A stretch of 64,000 nt of DNA from Raillietiella orientalis (lineage: Eukaryota). Below the pieces are notes generated by a model. That model did no database searches and had not been told where the DNA came from. It worked only from the letters and a program-made list of their open reading frames with translations. Location: positions 1,116,001 through 1,180,000 of the forward strand of contig JAYWIR010000004.1 in NCBI GenBank assembly GCA_036172245.1. The letters run 5' to 3'. The position numbers and the translations under genes were made by a program. How positions within the stretch are numbered: position 1 is the first letter of the stretch; each line of letters starts with the position of its first letter. Positions 47,831 through 61,878 of the stretch are shown here, piece by piece.

Positions 47831-50800
47831 CTCTGTTTTAACATACAGCATGCACTGGCACTTCATTTCAAGAGAAAAAACAAGCACATTATAGGTAGAT
47901 GCACTGTATTGTACTCACACTGACACGTGCTGCTGTTTTCAGTCAGGGATGAGCTAGACAAAGATTCCATGCTCATTCCATCGCCTGGATGCACACTGAG
48001 GGATATGAGCTCACTTTCAGTGTCTTCTAGAAAATTGACACTGTCAAAGCACAAGTTCCTGTCTCTAGAGAGTCGACAGAAATTGTTTCCCCTTGAATGG
48101 ATTTCAGCTAGTAACAACAAATTTGATTTAACAGATAAGGGAAAAAGAAATTGAAAAGAAAAAAAAAGGAAAAAAACATCCGACTGGAGACAGCTTGGAA
48201 ATTTCTGATGCTTCATAGAATACTAAGATGACAAATACTAAGTTCTAATGCAATGGTTCCAAAAGCAAACTAGGTTTGCGTGGAAAGTGGTAGAAACTGT
48301 TGTTAAGGAAAGGAAAATTCCATCAGAAGTACAGCATGCAAGCACATACTATAGGAGGTCTGGTCAAAAAACCCACTGCTGCATCTCATTAGTCAACGTG
48401 AATCCGAAATCACGAATGCATCCAGGAGGAACTCACTTCTCATCGAGAAAACTCTTCTAGACAATCAGCAACTAATCATTACCTTGCACATCTTCATCCG
48501 CCAAAGGGATGCTCACGTTGGCAGGCACCGATAGATCTCCCATTAGATGCCGATTTGGATTTGAAAATCAACCTTTCAGCACGCAAAGATTAAGAAACAT
48601 GATGATCTGGAATTGCAAGTCAATTCATAGTTTCACGCAGCATTTGCAAAACAAGTCTCCCAGCTTGCACATGCAAAAAGATGAATACGAAAAAATGCAA
48701 CTTTTGGTCTTCCTTTGTCCCTGATAACTAGCACTGTTGTAATTATTCACGAAATAATGCTGTACAGTGTACAAACAAAACCACGCGCGCAGAGGCACAT
48801 TCTCGGTGAGCTTGCAAACGCAACCGTGTTGTACAACCGCACCCGTACAACCAAGTGCACGCGATGCATGCGAACCCCAACCACGTAATCGCAATTTCGC
48901 ATATGCAGCAGTAAGCATGGAACATCACACATTTGAAATTGACGAACAATTATCCGATTCCTTGCATGGCTTCCCGTGTGACTTGTTATTACATTCAGCC
49001 TACAAACAAACCGACGATTAGCTCAACCCCCAAGAGAGACAACATCCAGTCCCAGCATCACGCTCGTCCAACAGCAAAAATCACGACCAAACGGCATGAA
49101 AACGAATGTTCCATCAGAAATGGCTCTCTTGCGCTGGAAGGGCAATGAAACAAAACAAGCTCATGAACTTGCCCATCTTTCTTTACAAGAGGAAAATTTC
49201 GATGTCTATCAGAACGCTGTGCATTGCAAAGAAGTGAAATCCTTGATAGTGTGGTTACCCTGCTTTAGGATGGCGGCACACCAAGTGCTCGTATTCCTAA
49301 TCAACCGATAAACTCAAGTTCTATACTGTTTGTAATAGCACGGGAATTTGCTAACCCTGATTTCACTTTGCTACTGGAGAATGGTTTCTTGGAGGAACGC
49401 TTTCATTTCGGACACACGTCGCAAATGTGCACGATGCAAATGTACTCATCGGGTAGCAGATATTTCATCACCAAGAAGTGTACAGTACTCTCTCCCAAAG
49501 TTGGCTACCTATCGATGATGCATGCCGTCTCCTGGCAATTCATGACACATCCGCAAATTTGTGTTTTGTGACGCACAGTGGAATTCGAATCACACGATCT
49601 CCGTGAAAGTTATCCATTCCACAAACAGCCACGCAAAATCTCCAAATCTTCGCAAGCATCATGGCCAGCAGACATGCAACCACTGGCCATCAACCTCAAC
49701 AGTTGCACAGTCCGTAAGCGCTTTTGCTTTTTGCCTTCTGCTGCAACGTTTTCTTACGTGGTGGTGGTTGGAACGCCGAGTTGGCAGAAGCATTGGAGGA
49801 AGCGCCGTCTTCGCCTTCCATGTTCAAAATGTTCCTCATCCTGAAAGTAACTTCTCGACCATTTCATCTAGCGACGGCACGTCGCACATTCTTCCTATTC
49901 AGAGACATTGCTTCCAAATTTTTCTTCATATCCCGAAGAATGGAGGAGAACTTCCAGTATTCTCAATCAAGTATGGAATTCATGGTAAAACCTAGATGAG
50001 AATGCCATTTGCGAGGGATACCAGTCTTTCACACCAGGTGTCAGCGCCATTTAATGGGAAGTCGGCGATCGTGAACAAAGTCTTTCAAAAACCGCTCCCG
50101 ATTCCAGGATTCGTTTTGCGATTCTTCAAAGAATTCGCTTGGACTTCCATGTTAGCAGTAACCACGCGCACAAGTCACGTTGACGATAAGCTCCAACTCC
50201 ATACCACGAAGAGATGCTGCGGTGCTCAAGGTAGGCAAGGGATCTCGGTTTCCTTAGACACACCGTTCGATTTGGAGGCTATTTAGAGACGGAAACCTTT
50301 CAAGTGATTTGTATGCGTCGCGGAGGATGAAGGAAGCACTCCTCATGAAGGATCCACTCTGGCGAAGCCTCATTCCATCGTGACTTTCTAATAGTGTAAC
50401 TCGTTAATTATTATTCTAAGCAAGTGGTACTTCCAAAAGTCCAAAGGAGAAACCAAGCAACGGTGGGAACACACAATCCCGCGCCTTCGCGACGCAGCAC
50501 ACGGAACCCAACTTTCAAGTCGTCCATTCATTTATTTATCCCTGGCGTCTTCGTCCAAGATACGCACGCATGCAAAGAAACGGTCCACATTTCTTGGATG
50601 GATGGCCAATCTCGCGACTTTACAGTAAAATCAGCCTTCGGATATCTCCTCTTACACGAACGAAACGTGAAAAAACGTCGCAATAGGTCGAAGACAGTCG
50701 ACGAAAGCAAAGCAGCCTCCGCTGCAAGCATCAAGAACCGTGCGATTTCAAGCCAAAGCATCCGCAACCTTAACAAATACGCCGCAAAGGGAAAAAGATG

Positions 50801-50906
50801 CCCCATCCGTGATGAAACTGTGCCCTTCGTCCACTTCCCGAGACTTTCCACGCGCACGGCAGCTGCAAGCATCAAAACGGAAGCACTGCAACGCCCGCTC
50901 GCACCC

Positions 50907-51017
50907 CCGGGCTGCGTCCCGGTGTCCCGACAGGTCCTGTGTTTACGGCCGTGGTGGGGCCTCGTACCACGCATGTAGAGTTTATAAATAAACGCCCCGG
51001 GCGTACCCGGGTGATAA
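50907..51017 (+). mobile_element. Solo ~110-nt structured LINE 3' tail
   Basis: Closely matches 27132-27255 (ccggg-ctgcgt-cccgg, caggtcc, ggccg..ggggcc..accac, aataaac..ccgg..ccgggtgataa). Flanked by the imperfect direct repeat aacgcccgctcgcaccc / aacccccgtcgcaccc. Confidence 0.8.
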
Positions 51018-51066
51018 CCCCCGTCGCACCCGGGAACCGCGTTCCCGCAAAAACACACGGATGCCA

Positions 51067-53413
51067 TCATCTTTTATTGCCTTTCCGAAACGAATGCTTT
51101 CTTTTCGCTTGGCTCGTCTGCGATGACTTCCGAGCGTGGTGACGGATTTTCGGACCTACGTGCGACGGAAGAGTTTTCGGACCTCCAGCAGTGGTCAAGT
51201 AACCGGTATGCGATCCGGTTGCTAGGTCCGCTTTCCTCGGAAGCGAACTCTTCCCGGCCTTCGACTGGAATCTTTTCAACTTTCGAAACTGCCCTGACGC
51301 AGGACCGCCTCTTTTCTCTGGCATTTTGGCATCCTTCGGTCCAACCAGCTTCTGCGCCAATCTGCTCTTCTCCAGCCGTCGCTGACGGGCGAGTAATTTG
51401 CTACGGTTCTCCAGGGAAAACTCCACGATCGGTCTCTGAGGTTCGAGCGCTAAGTCAAACGAAACGGCGGTCACACGGCTGCTTACCCGAGCCTCACTGA
51501 ACACGCTCGGGTTGTTATTCAGAGAGCGAAGGGCGCACAGTGCATGCTCGTGTTGGGCAAATGCAACGAAGCCGTATCCGCGAGATGCACCCAAACACGG
51601 TCCACTTGGGCCGCTCCCACTCCTCATGACACGAGCTTCCGTGATCCTCGCTCCGGAAGGGGCACTTTGCAAAAACAACGCTTTCAGTTCGCGGTCCGTC
51701 ATCGTCGCTGGCAAATTATGAATGCACAGTCTGCAATCGGAAATAAAAATGTGCAGGTTTCGCAATTTCTGGCGTTTCCAAATTTCCAGATGAGCACGCA
51801 ACTGGAGATCATGAGCGGATACTCCTTTCGCAGCTTGCGTATTCGCACGAACCACTGAAGCAGCCAAAAGCAGATTTCCACACCCAACCGACATAGCGAT
51901 ACGTACAGCCTTCTCGCACCAGGTACAGGTTGCGCTTGTCTTTGCCAATCTTCGGTTTCGAGGAATTCGTCAACTTCCTCTGGACTTCCTCCCTGCTTAG
52001 TGCTGGCAACACTTCCAGAACGTTGCCATTTAGCATCAGTTCATCCTCAGTTGCCATCAAGCAGACTTCGGCATCTTCTTTGTTCTAAAACATCCAGGAC
52101 ACCCTGATGTAGACCACCTTCAAAGGAAACATGGTCGGGCAACCTCACCAGGAACTGAACAAAGGCAGTGCCTCGAGGATGTTCCGTCACCGAATCAATA
52201 ACTGGTAGAGCATACTTCACGGCACCAAACTGAACCATCAAACCACACAACTGCTCTGCACTCGTATCGGGATGTACATTACGAACAAAGACGGTGCAGC
52301 CTTTGTGTACATCTTCAGACTTCCTAAACTTGAATGTGCACCTTTCATAAGAAATTCAAAACCACGAAAAACGCAACTCACGGTTTCGTCTGCATTGGTT
52401 GCAGTGTCCCACCGGTGTCCTCTTTATCATCAGAATCATCGGATTCATCTTCAGCACATTCTTTCAGAGTGCTACTGGTTTCAGCCTCAGAGTGCTCCTC
52501 GCTGCTTGAGATCAACCTTCCACTACTTGGCTTTGATGCCTGTGGCAAGTCTACTTTCAGAGTTTCATCTGCACTCGTCTGTGTTGACGATAAGAAACTG
52601 GATTGGGGGACAGCCCAGTCCACAGCCAGCAGACGGCCTTTGAAAACAGTACCATGCAAAGCTTTCAGAGCTCTGCTAGCTTCTGGTACTTTGCACATTT
52701 GCACAAAGCCACAGCCTACCATGCTACCATCATCCCGGTGGAGCAAATTCACTTCCAACACCTTGCCAAAGGGAGCAAGCAAGTTTTGCACATCTTCCTT
52801 TGTACACTGACAAACTCGTTGATTGCAAATTACTTTCAAGAAAACCTACCTTAAAAGAAATATTTCTCAATATCAGCCTCGCTTTCTTATTCCAAACTTT
52901 GGCTTTCAACAACGGTTTACGTGGCTGTGCTGGGGGGTGAACTCTGATCTTCAAATTCTTCTTCGGGGAGCATTCCTTCCCATGTCTTCTAGCAAATTTT
53001 GCAATGATCTTTCTCCCATCAATTAGCAGATTACTGCAATTCTGCTTGGCTTTCAGCGCATCTTCGTTGCAGCGGAATGCTACGTAGGCCACCCGCAACT
53101 TTCTCCCCTCTAACAAAAGGAAAGAAGGAAAATCAAACTTAGCTGTGGCAAAAACGAAACAGAAAAGCGCAATGCCGAACGCCAACACCATTCGCAAACA
53201 CATACCGAATGCACGCTTACGTTCGGACACAAATCCCCACTTCCCAACTCGATGCATGCCTTTCACGCAAACAGTCCCATACATACCATACTTCGGAGTT
53301 AGATAGCATCGAAGCACTGGCACGATTTCCTGAAAAACATCTTTGATCTTTCTTTCTGTAATGCAATCAGGAAGGTTCGTTAGCAGCAACGTGTTGCTCC
53401 CGTACTCGTTCAT
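51067..53413 (-). CDS. RBM28: RNA-binding protein 28 / Nop4 (4 RRMs, nucleolar)
   Basis: KKARLILRNISFK, GCGFVQM...GRLLAVDWAVP, an acidic linker, TEHPRGTAFVQF, GKDKRNLYLVREG, RLCIHNLP, SRGYGFVAF..HEHALCALRSLNNNP and RPIVEFSLEN. Confidence 0.95.
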
Positions 53414-54849
53414 CGCGTCTTACCTCGCACGGGAACGCAAAAGTCGACAAACGCAACAACAGAATTACCAGTCGCACTGCACTGACTACCATTTCGAAAA
53501 TAGGACTCCAAGATCGATTGTTTCGGAAAGGTGAAACGAAGTGGGACACGTCAACCTAATGAGAAATATCAGGGTCCAACAAGCGGAAAAATGCGTGCTG
53601 AAAAAAATTGAAAGAATTGTACTACTAGGCCAGAGGCAGGCATTCCAGTAAGGAAGAAGCGGAATTTCATCCCTAGGAGTTGCTCGCTTTCGCACTTTGG
53701 AAAAACAGTCTATTCTGATACGTGATGCAGACGACTTGTCGCTTTTTTTTTTTTAATGCGATAAGCACGATCTTTCTCTCGTTAAATACCCGCATGTATG
53801 CTGAAAAATGGTCTAGCATAAAGCTTTCTTTGCATTTTCATAGGTAGTCTGGAATGAGTTTTCAATTGATCCATTTGTCCAGTCAGTCCAAAATATGGTT
53901 TACTATTATCTGCATCAAAACGTTTCAGACACGGGAGGATTTATGAGAATTTTTGTATAAAACAGGTTCGTTTCAAGGGAAAAAAAGCAATGATAGAACT
54001 AATCCTCATATAGCTTTGATTATGATAAAAAGGACAGCACGTATTGTGTTCTGATTATCTCGAAAGTAGAAACTTCAGAAAAGCATTGAATAAGAAAACA
54101 GAAAAATATCCTGAAGTATGTATTTCCAGCTTTTGTAAAAGGTGGGTATGAATGATTTGTAAACCGATTTCTGCAGAAAATCTATTTGCTTTTTTTAATG
54201 GTGAGTCTTGTTTGTCTTTAATCGATTGTCGTCGTGTACATGAGTATGAATCCTTTTTGTCTTTTAGAAATATAACTCTCGTTGTAAGTTTGACCAAATC
54301 CTCCGCCTGAACTGGTCATTTGCACCGGCCGACTAGGAATTTTAGAAATGATTTCCTTGGAATAGAGTCAACTTATGTAAAGCCCAGACTCGTGTAGATG
54401 TGCATCTGTGTTCATTTTTATGTCTCAGGAGTTTATGTTCCCCGGATTTTACGATAACAGAATTTAATAATTTTTTCTGACTCTCTTCTTTGTCGTCTTA
54501 TGCATGTGTGCAAAGGATGTGATGTTTCTGACTCATTTGTCCTGAGTGTCAACATGGGATTTCCGAGGGTTGAAGCGCTTATATTTATAATCAACAATCG
54601 CGATATTAGATCACACCAAGCCAAATATTCAGAATTCTCAAAGAACTTAAAATTGTTTATGGAGCGCATAATGTATTTCGCAGTCGTGCTTCAATTGAGG
54701 AGAGAAAAAGCATGGGAAGAAATTAACATATTTATAACCAATGGCGCCTATTTTCTAGTTTGCTCAAGTGCATAAATTCTGACTCTACTGGAGTGAGATA
54801 CTTTGAAGGTAAATCTTATCTATGGTAATGGTAGCTCGTCTTTGGTTCA

Positions 54850-57694
54850 TTACTCCTTTCCATGATTCTGTCTGAAGAAACATAACAGCGACTCATAATT
54901 ACTGATCTTAAGAATCTGCAGAAGTTCCGGAATCTTGTGATTAGTGTCAATTCCTGATAGCTTCTGTTGATCAATGTACAGATCCATGATGATACCTAGA
55001 ACAATTTACTACTAGAGAATTGAACCAAAGCATTAAACTCAACCATGGAGTCGCTGCAAGTAAAAAGGATGATGGCGATCCTCAATATACAGGATATTAC
55101 TATCTTGCCAAATGTTTTCCAAGTAATCATCTCGAATTCCCATAACATCGGCATCTGTGCCTAACTTTTCCATTGCTTGCAGCAGTTGCAATTTTTGTGA
55201 TAGTAACCATTGTTTCTCCAGTTTGGGCTGAAGAAGGCTCAACATGAACTCACTACTGTTTCTATCCACATCTAAAAGCCAATACCCAACCAGGCAATGC
55301 ACTTTACCTTACCACAAGATATTTTGATTTTCGTTCCTGTATCAGTTGCCAGCCTTGTCAACACATCTTTCAAGATGAAGACCACACTTGGACTGTGGGA
55401 GCGACAACAAGCATAACCACGCCTATAGTCAAGTAACAGCTGAGCATCTGTTAGAGCAGACCGGAAATAGAAGGTTGCAGCATCAGCTGGACAACATTCA
55501 GGAAGGCCATGAATGCATGATAACAGCCAAGTATGCATCTGATGTATGCTGAATTGGCCTTCCAGTATCACCTGCGAAGTAGGATGCTCAGGATAGAAAC
55601 CCTGAGTGCGGTAATGCAAAGAAAGAGGCACAACAGGAAAACGAAGTGCTTGTCCTATTTTTGGCACCAAACAAAGGATGTACACCATCAAAGTACCCTG
55701 CTGACCCTCAGTAGGGCGCAGGCTAACTTGCAAACTGCAAGTATTGGTTTGGAAACGAAAAACGGCCAAGAGGCAGTTGCTGGTGTCACAAGCAGAGAAA
55801 CTAGTGACAGCAGAACTGTGTTCACAGTCTTCAACATCCAAAGGGACATCACTCTGCAATAACACTGAATCCAATGGTATGGGTGCCTCCAAATGCAGCA
55901 AATAACAGGCTGCATCCTTGCACAGCTCCCACTTGATGGAATGCTCAGCAAAAACAGATAACAAGTTCTACTCACTTTACTCTGAATGGTTGGTGGCAGA
56001 ATGTACATGGAAGTTCTGTGGTCAGTCTCCTGAGACTCCTTTTTCTTTCTTGCTAGCCTCAATTCTAACATCTCGATTTCTAACCTAGAAAGGTAAGACA
56101 TTCCTGATCAAGATGATTGCTCAGGCTGAAGCACAGCAGTGTACCTTAACTGGTCAACAGTTTCTTTGAAACTCATTCCCAGAAAGGATGTAAAACCCAG
56201 CAACCATCCTGAAGCAGGATCTCAATCTAAACCCCATTATTGTCATTTCTCACCACTTCTTGTGACGACAAGAACTTCTATTTGGGAATCACCTACTGCT
56301 GCAGCTTGTGTACAAGTAATGAAGTCTCCACAATACTACAAACAATTCAATGATAAACAGGTTTAAATAGATACTTCCTAACCTCATTAAACATCTGTGG
56401 AGGTGGTACACCATTTTCCAATTTATGGAGTTCAATATGACCATCCTGTTTCCCAACTAGCAGCTGAGCTGTGTTGTTTGCAATCCATAATTGAAGAGCT
56501 ATCACTGTACCACAACTCTTTTTGTCTTCCACTAACCACAACAATGTTGCACTATCACCACTATTGGCCAAAAAATACTGTTTGTATAAAACATTCCAAC
56601 TTACTTTATTTGAAGTGCACCAATATGACCCATGGATGTGCCAAAGAGAAACTCGTTTTGCTCCTCATGATCAAGCAAGCAAGTTGCCACTCCAGGTAGG
56701 CTGATTTCCAACAATTGTTCTTTTCCTTCTATTATTTTTAACACACAATTCCCACAACCCACTGCTGCTCTTGGGACCTGCGGAATACTATGTTGCACAC
56801 ATGATGGTGGTGCTGCTGACATGCAAAGTGCATAAATAAAAAAGCAGTGCATGTTCCCCATACTTTGTTCCTAGCCAGAATAGTCAAAGCAGTGATGTGG
56901 TCAACAGCTACATAATGATGCACTTCTCTCCCTTTCATATAATGGCATAATGTGTGCTTACCACAGAGCAGCAAGTGTCCATTCCATACAGACCTACATT
57001 TAATTAGCAACTTGGACAAAGTGAGCCAACTTACAAAAATTGAATATCTTCTAGCAAACTGGTCTCCAATTCCAAAAACTGTCTCCCATTCCCTTTAAAG
57101 CCTTTGACTTGATTGCGAACACTCACATAAATCATGTCCTCTTCTACAGAAAAAATGAAAATCAAAACAAGGCATTGAAAATACAACCACCTTGCTTATC
57201 AAGTTGTATTTGTGTGATTTTTGCACCAGTGAATTCCCTAAACTGAATGGTCAATTCTCCTTCATTTCCTTGCAACTGAATAATTTGAAGATACCCAGAC
57301 GAATCTCCCACAACTACCTATGAAACAAAATGAAATCATTACACAGACCATTCATTAAGCAAGATGAACTTGGGTGAAGTGCTACATGTTAATTAAACAA
57401 TGTTTTGTTTTTGTTTTTTTTATAGCTTGTTTCCTTGACTTATAAAACTATGATGATAATAAATGAAAATTATTCCAAGGTGTGAAGTGTGCGAACGTGT
57501 AATATCCTTAATACTAATTGATACAGTTTATTCCTTCGAGGAAAACAAAAATCAGTCTTAAACGCATGCATTCATTTTGAAATGCACATAACCTTTGGGT
57601 GTGGTATTTTTTGCTCTGAAGGTAGCACTTTTAGGCATGACGGTGCAACTGCTCCTAAATTGCAGTATTCTACTCTTGTGAAACAGGCATCCAT
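54850..57694 (-). CDS. BBS7: Bardet-Biedl syndrome 7 protein (BBSome subunit), multi-exon
   Basis: MDACFTRVEYCNLG...KVVVGDSSG, KGFKGNGRQFLELETSL, LLQSDVPLDV, PTEGQQGTL, PLSLHYR, GQFSIHQMHTWL and LQRLHGIIMDLYIDQQK follow the BBS7 sequence pattern. Confidence 0.92.
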
Positions 57695-60600
57695 TTGTTC
57701 AACTGAACGGTAAACTAAGAAACGGCGCCTTTTGCAAACTACGCAAAGATGAAACAAGGATTTGTATCATCAAAAACAAAATCACTAAATGCTACCAAAT
57801 TTGTTACGTTCTATTTATTTTGTGTAACTACAACTTCAAGAGATCAATGCCGCTTATGGCATATCACTTCGACACTGCACCACAACTCACGCAGGACAAC
57901 CACGGATAAGCCGGGGAAGTTGTATTCCATGTTTACAAACGCGGACGGTTTCACCGACTGGAATTTCAAACTCCTCCTGAAACTGACTGATAAAATCTCA
58001 GCTTCCTGAAAATCATTAAAAGAAAACTGCATCTCCATTCAAATGTAATTCAGATTCCGTATGTGGTGCCACCATCGATTCCAGACAATTGTTATAGAAA
58101 ACTTCGCCCTTTAAGTAACACCTTATATCGCATGATCGGGCAGAATGCTTTGTGCTGGTTTTCCCGTGTGCTCCTGTAACGAAACCAATAACGTGGGGAA
58201 AAAAATATTTGGAATTCTGAATTGGTGCCACCCTCACCAGTATTAATACTCGAACACTGATGCGACAAAAGCTTCCAAAATGCTTTTGATTACGAGTGCT
58301 ACGTTTAAAAATTTTACACGGCAGATGGCAATATTGCAAGTTTTCTGATTACTCTCCTTTTGTATTGTTTTTTATTTTTCTATAATATTATCCCTTTGTA
58401 TTATTTGTTGCTTCTGTGTATGTTTTCTTACTTGGTTGATTATATCTCTTGTACATCAGTTACTCTGCGATATATGATAGATCATAGAAACTTAATGAAA
58501 CATTTTCTTAGATACTGAAAAACACCTCAAGGATTAATTGTAAGATGTGGTTATTGTGAATGAAAAATGATTAAATCTGCGGAAAGAATTTGCTTATTCT
58601 TAGCCACAACTAAAAGGAATAATGCTAACTCTGAAGAATCAGTGATACGTGCCTATAAATTAATATGTATTTATCAGGTGGAAAATTTCTGCTATATACA
58701 ACGCAGTGAACCTACAATTTTTTTTTTTTATGTTGTAATTATTCTGATAAACCAGAAGACAGTCTTGGGAGCAACGTGCCCTATTAAATTGGAGGATTCT
58801 TTCTAAGTGCAGCAAGTGTATTTTCATAGTAAAGATTGGAATTATACTGACATTTTATGAACTTTCATACATTCTGCCATACAGGTAGCACGCCTGGCAC
58901 TATTTTTCTTGTTGCATTTTTGTGTACAGTTTTCTAAAGATATGAATGTTGAGAAAAAGATCATGATATCTGCCTTGGAATTGAATTTTCAAGATCTTTT
59001 TTTTTTTCTGACTAGAAACATTGACTTTCCAGGACGAACTTGTCATGATCCTTTCAGCATTGTATGACATGTCGTTGACGTGTAAATAATTTTACGCCGG
59101 GTCCTATGGAAGCTAAGACAGAAATCAATGTGATGCCACAGATAAAACGTTTGTACTTGATATTGTAAAGAAGAAATCTAAAATACTTCGGTTTCAATCC
59201 TACGACACCGTCATGAATCGACGATTTTGTTATAAGCTTTTATGGAAGTCTTCACTTCCATTGCAGCCTGAAAATGGAACAAGCTATTTACTCAGATTTA
59301 AGGTGAAAACTGATTGTGTTCCCTTACATCGTCATCGTTTTTTTTTTGCGGAATTGTGTTTTTGAGCGATTCAAACGGTTCATTTTAGAATGGCATTTTC
59401 AAACTATGTGAAATTTTGCTGAAGATATTTTTGGATATGTAGTCAATTACGAAAGAAATTTAGAAATGAGACATGCTACCTGGTTGCAGTCTGTAGTAAT
59501 TCTAACTGAAGAAAGGCATTTACATTTTATGCTTAAGTTTTTGGTTCCCTTTAGTCTTGAGATGTCTTTGTCAGGATATCTCATCTATGATTTGACGTGT
59601 TGTCAGAATACACTATCAAACACAACAGAAACAGAGCTTTCAGAGTCGTGATTTGGAAAATCCAAATAATCCATTGGTAATTCATGTAAATTACAAGCGA
59701 ATGCGCAGTAACATGAAAAAAACATAATGAAATCATGAATAAGGATTGAACAGAAGAAGCACCCTTCATTGAGCATCCTTCATAACAACAAGATTTTTTC
59801 AAAAGGATACTTCAAAACCAGGCATTCCATTATATGCTAATTATATGCTCTTTGAACTTTTCAAAAATTTACAAAGATGTTTAGCATGGTGGAGTGGACA
59901 AAAAAATATCTTCAGGTTGTGATTTATGTCGCAATTATTTGAAGGCAACTATTCTAAAATGAGTCTATTAAGGTTCGGTGCTAGAAGGAGAGTGAAAAAC
60001 CAAATAAGAAATAATTGCAGTTTGAACTTTGAGGAATTTTTCCTTATGCTTTTGCTGGAAGTATTAACTGTCTGATGCAGAGCCATCAACTTTCTTCATT
60101 CAAGACCATGACCAAGAAGGCTGTTATTTGAGGACCTTAGAAAATGACTCAGAATTATATCTCCAGGTCGATGAATGTAATCAAGTGCGATTTGTAAAAT
60201 CAGAAGATACTAGCCTATCTGAGGTTTTCGTAAATAAAATCTAAATTTATATTTTTTTCCTTTAAAATACAATAGCAAAGCGATGCAAGGATTCTCGAGT
60301 TTGTCATCTGGGATACAATTAGATATTAAAGCGAGGAATGTTGCGGGGAATGTAATGCTCTTTGAAAAAAGCTAGGAATAGAGAGCTAAGATGAGATTGA
60401 GAACTGAGAGCTAAGATTCATAGATTCTTGCTGGGTTTTATAAGCATCACTAGTCAGAAATTAGTTATTGAGTACGTTAGCTCATATTAAAAAAAAAAAA
60501 AAAACTGTTTCAGTGACATTGACATGTAACTTAATTTTTCAAAATCTGGCGCTCTGCAGAGAAGTATAGAAATTGCATGAGCATTGCACATGTTGAAAGT

Positions 60601-61150
60601 TGTTCCTTATCTGAGCTTAGATAGAGCATGCGTTCTAAAACTAGTGGGTACAGAAGCATTCTGAATTTCTCAATGTCAACCACACTTTATGGTCAGTCTA
60701 CGAAAATTGATGATCTTTACAGACTCTGGATGAAGTGAATTTCCCATGATAGGTAGGGCTGATGATATTTGTTTTTTGCATATTTATTTGATCAAAGTCG
60801 GTGAAGTCCTTCCTTTAAATGCAGTGTATTCACCCTAGCTTTGCATTTACGAAAACAACCAAACGATCAAAATATTCAGAAAAAAGCGTGCCATTGCTAG
60901 CATTGCTTCCACAACCAGCAAATCTGGAATGAAATCATCATCTCGTGAGTTTTTCAGCTCAGGAGCAGAAGCCGCAGGAGTATAGATCTGAATCTTTGTG
61001 TTGAAAAAAGAAAAGGTAAGCCAGAAAGCCAGAAATGCTATCCAGGGATCATACGACAGTACCTTTCATCATCTCCAATCATTGATTATAATGAGAAAAG
61101 GTTATGTCTGCAGGTCATCTCAGAATTCGACTTGACATCAGAAAACCAAG

Positions 61151-61194
61151 GAGCGATTTGAGGACCTCTCTTAAGAGAGGTCCTCAAACTGCTC
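61151..61194. repeat. Perfect 32-bp palindrome with imperfect extension
   Basis: tttgaggacctctctt|aagagaggtcctcaaa at 61157-61188, flanked by gagc / gctc. Confidence 0.9.
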
Positions 61195-61501
61195 TGAATC
61201 TTCATATAGCTTACACTGTAGAAGACTCCTTCCGCACTCAACATTGATATCACATTCGGAGACTGCCTTTCACGTGGTTTTATATTTCACATCCATATTG
61301 AACTTTCATCCAATAAAAAAGCGTTGCAACTCTCTTTAATGCTCTTTAGTTTGCACAAATCATATTAAAAAATAACATACTAATAGTACAACAAAACTTC
61401 GAAGGCTTTTGAAGTCTTGAAACCAGTAAACTTCAAAATGCTGTTCCATGATGGACTACTTCACAAAAGTAGTCCATCATCAAACTAAGGTTTTTGTTGT
61501 T

Positions 61502-61720
61502 AAGTATATTGGTTTGAGAAACTTTAAAATTCTTAGAAATAATTTTTTGGAAAGCTGGCTTATGATGACATGAAAATATACAGATCGTGTAATGGTTACA
61601 TTATTACAGTATCGAAGCATTTATATGCTCAATGAAAACTGATTTCGTGTTTGCAGGTGGCAATGTTACTTATCACTGTACACGATTAGAGTTGCCGTGT
61701 GGCGAACCAAGCATGTTTGT
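61502..61720 (+). repeat. ~220-bp direct repeat, copy 1 (copy 2 at 63775-63992)
   Basis: Near-identical sequences flank the BORCS5 gene on both sides. Confidence 0.92.
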
Positions 61721-61878
61721 AATGGTTTATCAATTTTATTGCTTAAAACATAGGAAAGAACGAAATCCAAGAACCAAAATAAATCCGTGAGTGACGTTAA
61801 AACATGAAACGCAGTGTCTGGGTGAACTTACACCAACCGAATAGTGAATAGAATAAAAATTTAGCGTATACAAATAAT

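Noticed and set aside
52730..53413. Long uninterrupted RBM28 ORFs suggesting extra domains
   Set aside because: These are explained by read-through of short stop-free GT-AG introns.
58600..61100. Exon-like segments with splice signals between BBS7 and BORCS5
   Set aside because: Stops occur in all frames tried and there is no recognisable homology, so a gene call cannot be supported. A decayed pseudogene is possible.
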